Both the position numbers and the translations under genes were made by a program. From the IMG/VR virus record IMGVR_UViG_3300025387_000016, positions 5,544-69,543 of that record: a stretch of DNA of 64,000 nt. One strand, given 5' to 3'. This DNA comes from a virus (lineage: Duplodnaviria; Caudoviricetes). The notes beneath the pieces were generated by a model. The model ran no database searches. It saw only the letters and a program-made list of their open reading frames with translations, and was not told the DNA's origin. Numbering within the stretch: position 1 is the first letter of the stretch; each line of letters begins with the position of its first letter. Positions 55,531-63,483 of this stretch are shown here, in pieces.

Positions 55531-55888
55531 CGAACCTTTTGATTCGTCGGTGCTCGGCTCTATCGAGCATCAGGCCGAGAAGTTGGGATACCTCATCGCA
55601 ACGGTGGACAACGCATTTCAGCAGCGAGCGAAAGATGCGAAGCACGTCACGTTGGTAGAACACTCCAAAATTGGAATCGAGATGATGGATGCCTATCTAA
55701 AGGGCGAGCTCACGATTGACCAATATGCCGAGGGTGCGGCCCAACTCTTAGCCGACACGACACGGCGTAATGATGAAACGAACGCCAACCTATCAAACGC
55801 AATCAACCAACTAAACAAAGCAGTTCAGGATTCGGTTGAGCAAGGAAAACTCCGTTTTTTTCTTGAGGGTATTCAAGAAAATCCTTGA
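55520..55888 (+). CDS. Hypothetical coiled-coil protein
   Basis: GTG 55520 overlaps the upstream stop. Confidence 0.55.
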   Translation: MASSEPFDSSVLGSIEHQAEKLGYLIATVDNAFQQRAKDAKHVTLVEHSKIGIEMMDAYLKGELTIDQYAEGAAQLLADTTRRNDETNANLSNAINQLNKAVQDSVEQGKLRFFLEGIQENP

Positions 55889-55913
55889 CTTACTAAACTC
55901 TAGGCACTAAACT
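55885..55913 (+). promoter_or_regulatory. Internal promoter
   Basis: TTGACT-N17-TAAACT; AAAAGGAG RBS follows. Confidence 0.7.
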
Positions 55914-55942
55914 AGAGTAGAGCAGAGAAAAGGAGATTAGTA

Positions 55943-56182
55943 ATGACTACTGTTCAGCAGCCATACGAACCCGTATGGAAGCCCGGTATCAAGTGCCTCA
56001 CGTCAGTCGTGACCCTGAATAATGGTTTCGTCGTAAGTGCGGAGATGTATCTTGAGGGCGAAGGCGTGACGCTAGAAATGTCCTGTGACGGACAAACGAT
56101 GAGTCACTACAATATTGAAAACACAGCAAAGGCTCGTCAAATCTTTGTTGACTTCATCAACGCTAATGGTGGGGGTCAGTAA
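55943..56182 (+). CDS. Hypothetical protein
   Basis: 79 aa. Confidence 0.65.
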   Translation: MTTVQQPYEPVWKPGIKCLTSVVTLNNGFVVSAEMYLEGEGVTLEMSCDGQTMSHYNIENTAKARQIFVDFINANGGGQ

Positions 56183-56577
56183 TGGGTTTGGACCAATACG
56201 CATTTGCCGTGATGCCCAATGAGGACAACACGGATTTCTCATACGCCGTAGAGCCGAGCAAACGGATTGCCCAGTGGCGTAAGAATAGCAACCTACAGGG
56301 TTGGATGGAAGAGTTGTATCACCGCAAGCGTGCCGAGCAGGGCTTAGAGGACATCAGCGAGGATTGGCAGGCGTTCAACTGCCAGCCCCTACGCCTGACG
56401 TTTCAAGACCTCAAAGACTTGCGAGAGGCAGCCACCAACAAGGCTCTGCCTCACACGGAGGGGTTCTTTTTCGGGGCGACCGACGAACACCACTACGAGG
56501 AAATTATGGAGTTTCTTGATGAGGCGGAAACGGCTATGCGTCAAGATATGGAAATCTATTACGACAGTTGGTGGTGA
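56182..56577 (+). CDS. Conserved phage protein (MGLD.Y...WRK...YY.SWW type)
   Basis: Recognisable recurring phage motif; no function known to me. Confidence 0.7.
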   Translation: MGLDQYAFAVMPNEDNTDFSYAVEPSKRIAQWRKNSNLQGWMEELYHRKRAEQGLEDISEDWQAFNCQPLRLTFQDLKDLREAATNKALPHTEGFFFGATDEHHYEEIMEFLDEAETAMRQDMEIYYDSWW

Positions 56578-56579
56578 CT

Positions 56580-56981
56580 ATGAAGAAAGCACTAAAGATT
56601 TCTACGAACAACGTTCGTGAAGTTGTGGAGTTTGACAACTCAACTTCCTACGACACAATTCGCACCGCCGTAGGTGGGTGGATTGAGTGCGTCCGCATCC
56701 CCTCGCTCAACGTTGAGATGTGGGTCAATGAAGAGGGGAAGTTATCCGACGACCCTATTCAGAATCCAACGGGAACGGCTCTGTGGGTTGACAACTATGG
56801 TGAAACTGATGTCATTATTGGCGACATTATCTTCACGAGCGGAACCGACGCAAACGGTCACACGCTTGGATTGAGCGACGAGCAACTCAACTCGCTTCTC
56901 AACTACACGAAGACCGCTTTCGTTGAAAACCTTGAAATCACAGACTTCACAGGTTTCACTATTGCGCCACTAGACGTTTAG
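56580..56981 (+). CDS. DUF3846-like protein
   Basis: AVGGWIECV...MWVNEEGK...NP.GT.L...I.GDIIF. Confidence 0.75.
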   Translation: MKKALKISTNNVREVVEFDNSTSYDTIRTAVGGWIECVRIPSLNVEMWVNEEGKLSDDPIQNPTGTALWVDNYGETDVIIGDIIFTSGTDANGHTLGLSDEQLNSLLNYTKTAFVENLEITDFTGFTIAPLDV

Positions 56982-56983
56982 GG

Positions 56984-57607
56984 CTACATACCTTTCCAAA
57001 CGTTTGCCTGCGGCATATCTATCGGCATCATATCGGGCAGGGCCTTTCGGGGTTTCCTGCCCGATATGTTTAGTTCCGTCAACGCCCATACGAGGGCATC
57101 CATACGGTCGGGTGATTCCCTCTTGCTTTGCCCGGGAACCCACGTTGTCATTTGGTCTTCCAATGCGGCGAACTGCGCAGGGTCGCCTATGTGATGGATG
57201 CGCCCTTGCTCGTACATCGCCACGATAGGTTCAGCACGGGCTTTCTTACCCTCGCCTGCGTTGGGTCGCAAGACGGGGAGTGTCGGGCGAATCGTGCGTA
57301 GCGTCATCTCCAAGAGCTCGTGACCAGCGTTACTTTCTACGACAACGACACCAGCATCCCATTCATCAAACGCCTCTACGACCCGTGTAGCCCATTTCTC
57401 GGGCGTTGCCTTGTTCCCCTTGGGGATTGTGGCATCTTCTAAGACGTAGCCGTGAACGGTGCAGTGGTCGAGCGAGCAAGTTTCGGGTTGGTGTGGCCCT
57501 GATGCGGCCACGATGATTCCCGTTTCGTCTGCGTTTTCACCACTCGTCATCGCCGGGTCAACGCCGACAACGATGCGAATAAAGTCTTCCGCCCTAACCG
57601 TTATCAC
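56984..57607 (-). CDS. terL: Terminase large subunit, nuclease domain (separate ORF)
   Basis: VVGVDPA...DETGIIVA; VVVESNAG; K.ARAEP...YEQG...H; SPDRMDALVWA. Confidence 0.88.
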   Translation of the reverse strand: MITVRAEDFIRIVVGVDPAMTSGENADETGIIVAASGPHQPETCSLDHCTVHGYVLEDATIPKGNKATPEKWATRVVEAFDEWDAGVVVVESNAGHELLEMTLRTIRPTLPVLRPNAGEGKKARAEPIVAMYEQGRIHHIGDPAQFAALEDQMTTWVPGQSKRESPDRMDALVWALTELNISGRKPRKALPDMMPIDMPQANVWKGM

Positions 57608-58551
57608 GCCACCAACTCCCCACGGGTCGAGTCAATAAGTTCCAAACTCCATAGCGCGCCCTCGACGTCAGTGAGAACCAATCCATCGAGCTCCTGTCGC
57701 CCGATTCGAGTTCCGGCATATGCCGACATCACTTGGTCACGGAATGACGGTGCGAGGTTTTTGAGATTGTCATAGGTTGTTCCGTTGGTGATTGTGGTTG
57801 TCTTTCGTTCCATTACTTGACGAACAAGTTTCACGCGCTTCGGCGTAGTAGTCACCAGAGCCTTTGGGTCTTTGCCAAGACGAAGACCGAGCATTAGGTT
57901 GTTCCAACTCGTATCCAAAGTATCGCCCTTTGCCGCATCAGACCAAGCGGCCAACTCGTCGCACCACGCAGCATCGTGCTGTGGACCACGCAACTGACTC
58001 GGGGCGTGAGCAGAGTAGGTGAACGCTTGCGCGCCATTGGGCCACACAAGTCGGCGTTTCGTTGGTTCGTGGCTCGGCTTCTCGTGGGGCGCAGAGCAAT
58101 TCATAATGCCCGAGTCGCCGTAAATCATTACGTCTCGCACGTCGGCTGGGGTTCGCCCTACGAGGGCAATACGCTTGTAGCCCTGATTCCAAACTAAATC
58201 AAGCACCCATTCAGCACCCGCGCGAGTTTTCCCGGTTCCACGGCCGCCACTAAAGAACCAAGTAAGCCACGGGGCTTCGGGGTCGGAGTATGGGGGTCGC
58301 TGTGGGGTTCGAGCGTGTTTACAGAACGGCGTGTGGTTCTCGGAGTCAATCGGGTGGTCGCACCAGTGGAATCCGGCGTGTGGTTCACCATCACACTCTT
58401 TACGAGTGCAGTACCAGCGTCGCTTCGGGGCGTTTTGCTCTACCTCAATCTCTTGCTGTACGGCGAAGAGCTCTTCGGGTGTAAGCGAGTTGAGGACAAT
58501 CTCACGCTGGTCTTTTGGCAACTCCAAGAGTTTTTGGATTGTCGGGTTCAT
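57604..58551 (-). CDS. terL: Terminase large subunit, ATPase domain (separate ORF)
   Basis: Walker A GGRGTGKT; LRGPQHDAAWCDELAAW (Walker B); VTTTPK; QELDG. Confidence 0.9.
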   Translation of the reverse strand: MNPTIQKLLELPKDQREIVLNSLTPEELFAVQQEIEVEQNAPKRRWYCTRKECDGEPHAGFHWCDHPIDSENHTPFCKHARTPQRPPYSDPEAPWLTWFFSGGRGTGKTRAGAEWVLDLVWNQGYKRIALVGRTPADVRDVMIYGDSGIMNCSAPHEKPSHEPTKRRLVWPNGAQAFTYSAHAPSQLRGPQHDAAWCDELAAWSDAAKGDTLDTSWNNLMLGLRLGKDPKALVTTTPKRVKLVRQVMERKTTTITNGTTYDNLKNLAPSFRDQVMSAYAGTRIGRQELDGLVLTDVEGALWSLELIDSTRGELVA

Positions 58552-58554
58552 TTG

Positions 58555-58638
58555 CTACTTCTGACGCAGAAAAGATACGACCAGCATCAGCACAATGCCA
58601 GCCCCAAAGCCCCAAAGATACGAAATGATGTGGTTCAT
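58555..58638 (-). CDS. 27-aa single-TM peptide upstream of terminase
   Basis: MNHIISYLWGFGAGIVLMLVVSFLRQK; start 7 nt after the TAGTAT -10. Confidence 0.45.
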   Translation of the reverse strand: MNHIISYLWGFGAGIVLMLVVSFLRQK

Positions 58639-58678
58639 AAGTGCCATACTACCGCCTAGTTTGGAAAGCGGGGGTTAG

Positions 58679-58909
58679 TTATGGCTTCGAGTAGGTTCCG
58701 CCACGCCGCTTGTATTCCTGAACGACCCAGCCATTTGCGACTGCTGATGGGTAGACATCGAACTTCTTTTGTGCGTCGGCCTTTACTTGGTCGTAAAGTT
58801 TCTGATTGTCTGGCTCACCCTTTCGATTGCCAATTAACTTGGAGTAGTTAGGCTTCTTCTTGGCGAGGCGAATCCAAGATTCGATTTCAGCACGGGTTTC
58901 GTTGTTCAT
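58679..58909 (-). CDS. Small protein with the cargo-type leader plus DUF5872-like domain
   Basis: AEIESWIRLAK leader; P.NQKLY..VK..A.KKF..YPSA.AN.WVVQEYKRRGG.Y. Confidence 0.7.
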   Translation of the reverse strand: MNNETRAEIESWIRLAKKKPNYSKLIGNRKGEPDNQKLYDQVKADAQKKFDVYPSAVANGWVVQEYKRRGGTYSKP

Positions 58910-58931
58910 ACCCGCAATCTTACATAGGGGT

Positions 58932-59228
58932 TTAGAGAATCCCGTTGTTTATTGGCGGGGCGAGCCTAACGGCGCAGAGAGGGCAGAAAACGAACTCGTA
59001 ATCCATTTCATCGGGCGGGCTACTTACGCCGTAATACGAGCCATCTGGGCCTCTATGGGCGCAACCTACGGGTTTATCAGCACGGAGTTCGCTTTCACTC
59101 CACGAGGCATTGGCCGCAACGTAGGTTATGTAGACATCTACCTCTACGGCTTCAATCGTTATCTCGCGCCCAAAGCGAGTAAAGACTTTTTGCCCTTTGT
59201 CAAACTTTGGAATGATTGTCTGGCTCAT
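58932..59228 (-). CDS. Hypothetical protein with Cys/His motif
   Basis: F.KGQKV; GC.H...FCPLC. Confidence 0.55.
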   Translation of the reverse strand: MSQTIIPKFDKGQKVFTRFGREITIEAVEVDVYITYVAANASWSESELRADKPVGCAHRGPDGSYYGVSSPPDEMDYEFVFCPLCAVRLAPPINNGIL

Positions 59229-59407
59229 AGGTCTTCTAGCCACGTTACACGAGTGGTGAATCGCTCGCTACCCCAGTCCAAGTCACGGTCTTTGGAGTAG
59301 AGGCGTTGTAGTGCGCGTTCTTTATCCGAGGCTTCGACGTAATACTTTACGAACGCACCCTCGTTATAACCATCGTGTTCTACGAGCCAACGGGAAAAAC
59401 GAATCAT
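59225..59407 (-). CDS. Hypothetical protein
   Basis: 60 aa, ATGA coupled. Confidence 0.5.
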   Translation of the reverse strand: MIRFSRWLVEHDGYNEGAFVKYYVEASDKERALQRLYSKDRDLDWGSERFTTRVTWLEDL

Positions 59408-59634
59408 TGGAAAATCCTATGCTCATTTCCCTCGGTGTGTGCGTCAATAATGTCGCAGAGTTGTTGGTAGCACTCCCACCAGCCCTCGTCATAGCCCGTG
59501 ACTCGCTCGGTTGGCGGTTCGTCGCTTGACGTGGGCTTGTATTTCAGCAGTCGCTCAGAGATAAGTTCCAAAAGGAGTTCCTCGGAACGGTTCTGTGCCT
59601 TATGGCAGTCGCACGGTGGCTTAGGGCCGCCCAT
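59404..59634 (-). CDS. Hypothetical protein
   Basis: 76 aa; GYDEGW..C pattern. Confidence 0.5.
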   Translation of the reverse strand: MGGPKPPCDCHKAQNRSEELLLELISERLLKYKPTSSDEPPTERVTGYDEGWWECYQQLCDIIDAHTEGNEHRIFQ

Positions 59635-59650
59635 TATTCCACCTTCGTCA

Positions 59651-60811
59651 TCAGAACAACTTTTCTTGTTTCGGTTCCACTTGTTGTTGGTGCGCCCAAG
59701 CCACCCGTGCCTCGATGATGGGCCAGTAGTCCTCGGTCATCTCGCAGCCCACCCAGTCAAAGCCCTCTAGGATACAGGCCACTGCCGTTGAGCCGGAGCC
59801 GAGGAACGGGTCTAGCACGGTTCCGTTCGGGGGGGTGACCAACTTGACCAAGTAGCGCATCAGGGCAAGGGGCTTGACGGTGGGGTGGAAGTTCTGGCGT
59901 AGGGCTTGGCTTCTGTTCCGAGGGTTTGTAGTGCCAGCCCTTTCGTAATCGTCCTCATCTTGGCGACGTTCCGGCAGCCCCTCCAGCCCTGCGTTGCGCT
60001 CGGACTTGCTGGCCTTAGCGCAGTAGAAGAAACGCCCTGCGTCGTTTGGAAACCCTGACAGCACTTCGTCGCTTCCGTCGTGGATGACGTTGGCAGGCCA
60101 GCGACCTTCTCGTTCAGCGCCACCATTATTGTTTGTGCCACCCTCAAATAAGCCGTTAAAGCCCTTACCGTTTGTGGTGACTACGGTTTCAGTCCCCACC
60201 CGTGACCCGTCAATGTTCAGCGCACCCGTTCCCCACTCCAGCACGTTCGAGGCCACTGTGCCGGTCAGGGGCTTGCGAGCGACACATATAGGTTCGTGGG
60301 CTGGCTTTAGGGCTGTTCCCCAGCCTTGCCAGCGTTGGGCTTCGGGAGTGACGGGTGCGGTAATGTTTGCTGTTGCCGAGCCACCCATACTGTCCGAGAA
60401 GCCAACGGGGGAGTTTGCCGCTTCTGACGGGCGTCTAGCAGCGTATCGGTTTTGACCCACCACCTCACGCTCCGCACCGGCAGCCTTGTCTATTGCCTTG
60501 CTCACGTCCAGCGACTTCGGGAAGCCCGAGCCGTAGAGCCACATAATCTGGTCACGGATTTCAAAGCCAGCGTCCTCGATAGCCACGGTCATCCGGTGGT
60601 AGGTGCGAGAGCCGGAGAACGCCAGCAAGTGTCCGCCGGGTTTCAGCACACGGAAGCACTCTTTCCAAACCTTAACGTTGTAGGCGATACCAGAGTTATC
60701 CCACGCTTTGCCCATAAATCCTAATTCGTATGGGGGGTCGGTCACAACTGCGTCAATTGAGTTGTCGGGTAAAGATTTCAGCGTGACGAGACAGTCGCCT
60801 TTGAGTAGCAT
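59651..60811 (-). CDS. N6-adenine/N4-cytosine DNA methyltransferase (beta class)
   Basis: GDC; VVTDPPY; VLKPGGHL; HPTVKP; VLDPFLGSGST. Confidence 0.92.
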   Translation of the reverse strand: MLLKGDCLVTLKSLPDNSIDAVVTDPPYELGFMGKAWDNSGIAYNVKVWKECFRVLKPGGHLLAFSGSRTYHRMTVAIEDAGFEIRDQIMWLYGSGFPKSLDVSKAIDKAAGAEREVVGQNRYAARRPSEAANSPVGFSDSMGGSATANITAPVTPEAQRWQGWGTALKPAHEPICVARKPLTGTVASNVLEWGTGALNIDGSRVGTETVVTTNGKGFNGLFEGGTNNNGGAEREGRWPANVIHDGSDEVLSGFPNDAGRFFYCAKASKSERNAGLEGLPERRQDEDDYERAGTTNPRNRSQALRQNFHPTVKPLALMRYLVKLVTPPNGTVLDPFLGSGSTAVACILEGFDWVGCEMTEDYWPIIEARVAWAHQQQVEPKQEKLF

Positions 60812-60887
60812 TAGTCCCCCTTGCTCCAACGACCAGCGATGTAGCCGAGGTTACCACAGACCAGTGCGATGAGAAAGGTTTTCAACA

Positions 60888-61109
60888 TTACTTACCGCTC
60901 AGTAGTGAGCCAACCAGCAGGCCAGCGGAGAATGCGAAGCAAACTCCAGCGAGGGCGTAGCAAAGTTTGGCGCAGATGCCAGCGTTTGGGCAAGTGACGT
61001 GGTTCTTGCCGTTCGTAAGGCGAGCGTTCAGCGCGGGAAGTGTCCAAGTAAACACGCCATCCTTGGCGAGTTCCCGATTTCCATTGGTGAGCAGATACTT
61101 GACGGTCAT
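60888..61109 (-). pseudogene. Truncated GP88-like gene fused to a hydrophobic tail
   Basis: LLTNGNREL.KDGVFTWTLPA...TCPNAGICAKLCYA is the GP88-family N-terminus, ending after about 50 aa in LAGVCFAFSAGLLVGSLL. Confidence 0.55.
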
Positions 61110-61345
61110 ACGCTAATCACGCTCTCTAGGGCCTCGCACCCGGGCATAAGACGAGACTTGGTTTGCCCATCTTCGTAGTAGTAATCCGTGTGTTGCTTCC
61201 ACTTGTGGTCAATGATTTCGGGCAGGCAGTAAAGGCTACGGCCCGTTGGGCCGCAAATCACGCAGTAGTAGCCGCTCATTTCACCACTAAAGACGTAAAC
61301 ATCTTCCCCGGTTATCCGACTCACAAATCGGGCGCGTTCGGTCAC
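61106..61345 (-). CDS. Small Zn-finger-like protein
   Basis: YYCVICG...H. Confidence 0.55.
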   Translation of the reverse strand: MTERARFVSRITGEDVYVFSGEMSGYYCVICGPTGRSLYCLPEIIDHKWKQHTDYYYEDGQTKSRLMPGCEALESVISV

Positions 61346-61846
61346 GTTATCTACGCTTCTTGATAATCATTAGGTCGCACGAACAGTCAGACTGATTGCA
61401 CTCGCCCAACTTCACCACGCCGTTTGTTTGTGCCGTGTGTAGGTAGCGAGTGTGGCCGCAAACGCACTTTGACGACAATGAGTGTTCAATAATGCCCACA
61501 AGGACTCCTTAGTAAAGCCAACGAGAGAAGAGCGTAATACAAAAGAGAGCGCCAACTAGTGCAATCGGCATCAGCAAGACATAAAAGGCGTCGTTCTTAT
61601 TGCGCCACCTATCCGAGAAAAACCACGACGCAAAGACCCATACAAACAAAGGAATAAGAATCTCAAAAGTTAGTCCCATAGGTTCACCACCACCCACCTT
61701 GTTTGTTGAGCACTTTCCAACAAACGATAGCGAGAGCAACGGCGCACGAGAAGATGCCCGCCACAAAGCCAATCAAAAAGTTAGTCATATATCTCCGTTC
61801 AGGATGTTGATTGCCGATTCTAGATACTCAAAGTCATCAAAGTCAC

Positions 61847-62230
61847 TCATAGTTTCTCTCCGCACTTGGGGCAGTAGGTGAAGAAGGTGCTTGGCTCAAA
61901 GTCTCTTGCTTCGTCTAATTCAACCAAGCGAGCGTCATTCATTCCGTGTCGGTAGCCGACGATGTGATTACATTTTGGCAATTCCGTAATGGTTTCGTGG
62001 TCGCAACACTCGTCGCAGTTCCCACAATTACCACAACGCCCATCACGGCTTGCGAGTTCGTAGGGCTTTCCGCAGGTATCGCATACGCCTAGTTCTTCTG
62101 ATGGGCCGACGTTATCAAAGTCACCATCCCATCCCTTGCCCGAGAGCCACGCAGCGAACGCTACGCCGAGCTCGTCGTCCTTGATTTTGTGCTTCTCTAC
62201 GAAAGCGTCAAAGTCATCAAAACTTCCCAT
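61847..62230 (-). CDS. Cys-rich Zn-finger protein
   Basis: CDTC, CGNCGNCDECC, C.H, CPKCG. Confidence 0.6.
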   Translation of the reverse strand: MGSFDDFDAFVEKHKIKDDELGVAFAAWLSGKGWDGDFDNVGPSEELGVCDTCGKPYELASRDGRCGNCGNCDECCDHETITELPKCNHIVGYRHGMNDARLVELDEARDFEPSTFFTYCPKCGEKL

Positions 62231-62616
62231 TACGCCACTTCTTTCTTTGCTTTACGCTTCTCTTGATTCTTTCGCCAATGGTCACGGCCCGCTTCAGCAC
62301 AGGGGGCGCAGCGACATCTGTGGCGTTGGTAGGCACTAAGAGTTCCGTGTTTGACGTTCCAAAGTTCCCTTACCTCGCCCTTGTTTCCCCTAGCAAAAGC
62401 GGCTCGGCCTCGTTCGCTTAGACCGCCGTATATGCCAACCACTATTTCTTCTGCGATTGCGTAGTCTCGGCACTCGTCAATAACGAGGCAACTCGCACAA
62501 ATCGCAACGGCTCGTTCCATTTGTTCTTTGTAAATCACCCCGCTATCGTCGGGCATAAAGATATTCGTATCTAGACCACGACATTTAGCGAGGTCTTTCC
62601 ATCCTTGAACGTTCAC
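62230..62616 (-). CDS. whiB: WhiB family transcription factor (copy 3) with C-terminal HGT...CRC..C domain
   Basis: WKDLAKCRG....IF.P...A..IC.SC.V..ECRDYA......GIYGGLSER.R. Confidence 0.88.
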   Translation of the reverse strand: MNVQGWKDLAKCRGLDTNIFMPDDSGVIYKEQMERAVAICASCLVIDECRDYAIAEEIVVGIYGGLSERGRAAFARGNKGEVRELWNVKHGTLSAYQRHRCRCAPCAEAGRDHWRKNQEKRKAKKEVA

Positions 62617-62804
62617 GATGCGAGATTATTCTCTCTCGATTCGTTTGTGTCGCTAGTAGACCTCGGCATATTCCGAGTGAGGTAGGCAACCTGCTCGAAG
62701 AGGTCGTCAATCTGACCTTTGAGAACGGCAATTTCAGCGCAGATAGGGCAAGAGCCAATCCACCCGTGCTTGCACTCAACGAAGTTTCGTAGTTCGCCAC
62801 TCAT
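62613..62804 (-). CDS. Small Cys/His plus coiled-coil protein
   Basis: Start MSGELRNFVECKHGWIGSCPIC at ATG 62804. Confidence 0.5.
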   Translation of the reverse strand: MSGELRNFVECKHGWIGSCPICAEIAVLKGQIDDLFEQVAYLTRNMPRSTSDTNESRENNLAS

Positions 62805-62935
62805 TACTTCTTGTTCCTCGCAATTGCGCCACAAATAATGGCTATAGCGAGTATGCCGCCGGCAGTTAGTATTAGCACTTGTTCTCCTTTGACTGTTGGG
62901 CAAACCCTACTATAGGGCCGCCCAGCAGTCAAGGA

Positions 62936-63216
62936 TTACGAGTCAACTAATACGCCACGAATCTTTACGGCAAAGTCGGGGATTGCCCCGTGATTTGTCT
63001 CAATGTCACGATTGACGTGAATCCACTTTTTGACAATAAACGGATGTTGGGAGATGCGTTCTTGACACTTGCGACAGAACACTACTTTGCCCCAAACGTG
63101 AGTGGTGATACCAAGACAGGTTGCGGGTAGTGCGCCGTGTGGCAGAACAGGTGCGACCAACGGCTCGTGCGAGTTTGCTCAATAAGTGGGAACTGCTTAC
63201 ACTTTTGACAATTCAT
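62936..63216 (-). CDS. Two tandem mini Zn-finger ORFs (63082-63216 and 62936-63082)
   Basis: MNCQKCKQ...RWSHL...HYP and (V)FCRKCQE...KWIHV...HGA, joined by a TAGTG overlap. Confidence 0.45.
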
Positions 63217-63483
63217 TTATTTTTCTTTCGGAGTGTATAGGGGTTTAGTGTTTGGGGAAACCCCCGAAGAAAAAAACGGGGGGCTATCTATTATAGCCCA
63301 AATAATCCGATTTCTATCTATGGGGGGAATAACTATTACATTGTGGCTCAACTCTTGTGAGTGTCAAGACCGCTTCGCACAAAGTTCACTTTGCCCTGCG
63401 TGGGGGGGGCCCGGAACGTGGGGGGAAGCCAAAGGCGCGAGCCAAAGAAATTATTTTTTTCAGAGAAGGAACAATACGCCCGT

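Larger units (their letters stand above)
3321..60648 (+). repeat. Dispersed, strand-polarised 8-mer TTTCAGCA
   Basis: Manual count about 56 copies on + (e.g. 3321, 3561, 4217, 8881, 13753, 19149, 33130, 49900, 53141, 55616, 60641) versus about 7 on - (2729, 12705, 14681, 24261, 25357, 45352, 49725). Confidence 0.85.

Noticed and set aside
12173-58551. Stop-codon reassignment or read-through explaining the split MTase and split terminase
   Set aside because: The junctions are overlapping and out of frame, and TAA, TAG and TGA all end ordinary genes throughout the window.
57604-58551. Intein or group I intron interrupting the terminase
   Set aside because: No intervening sequence, splicing motifs or internal homing endonuclease; the two halves abut directly.
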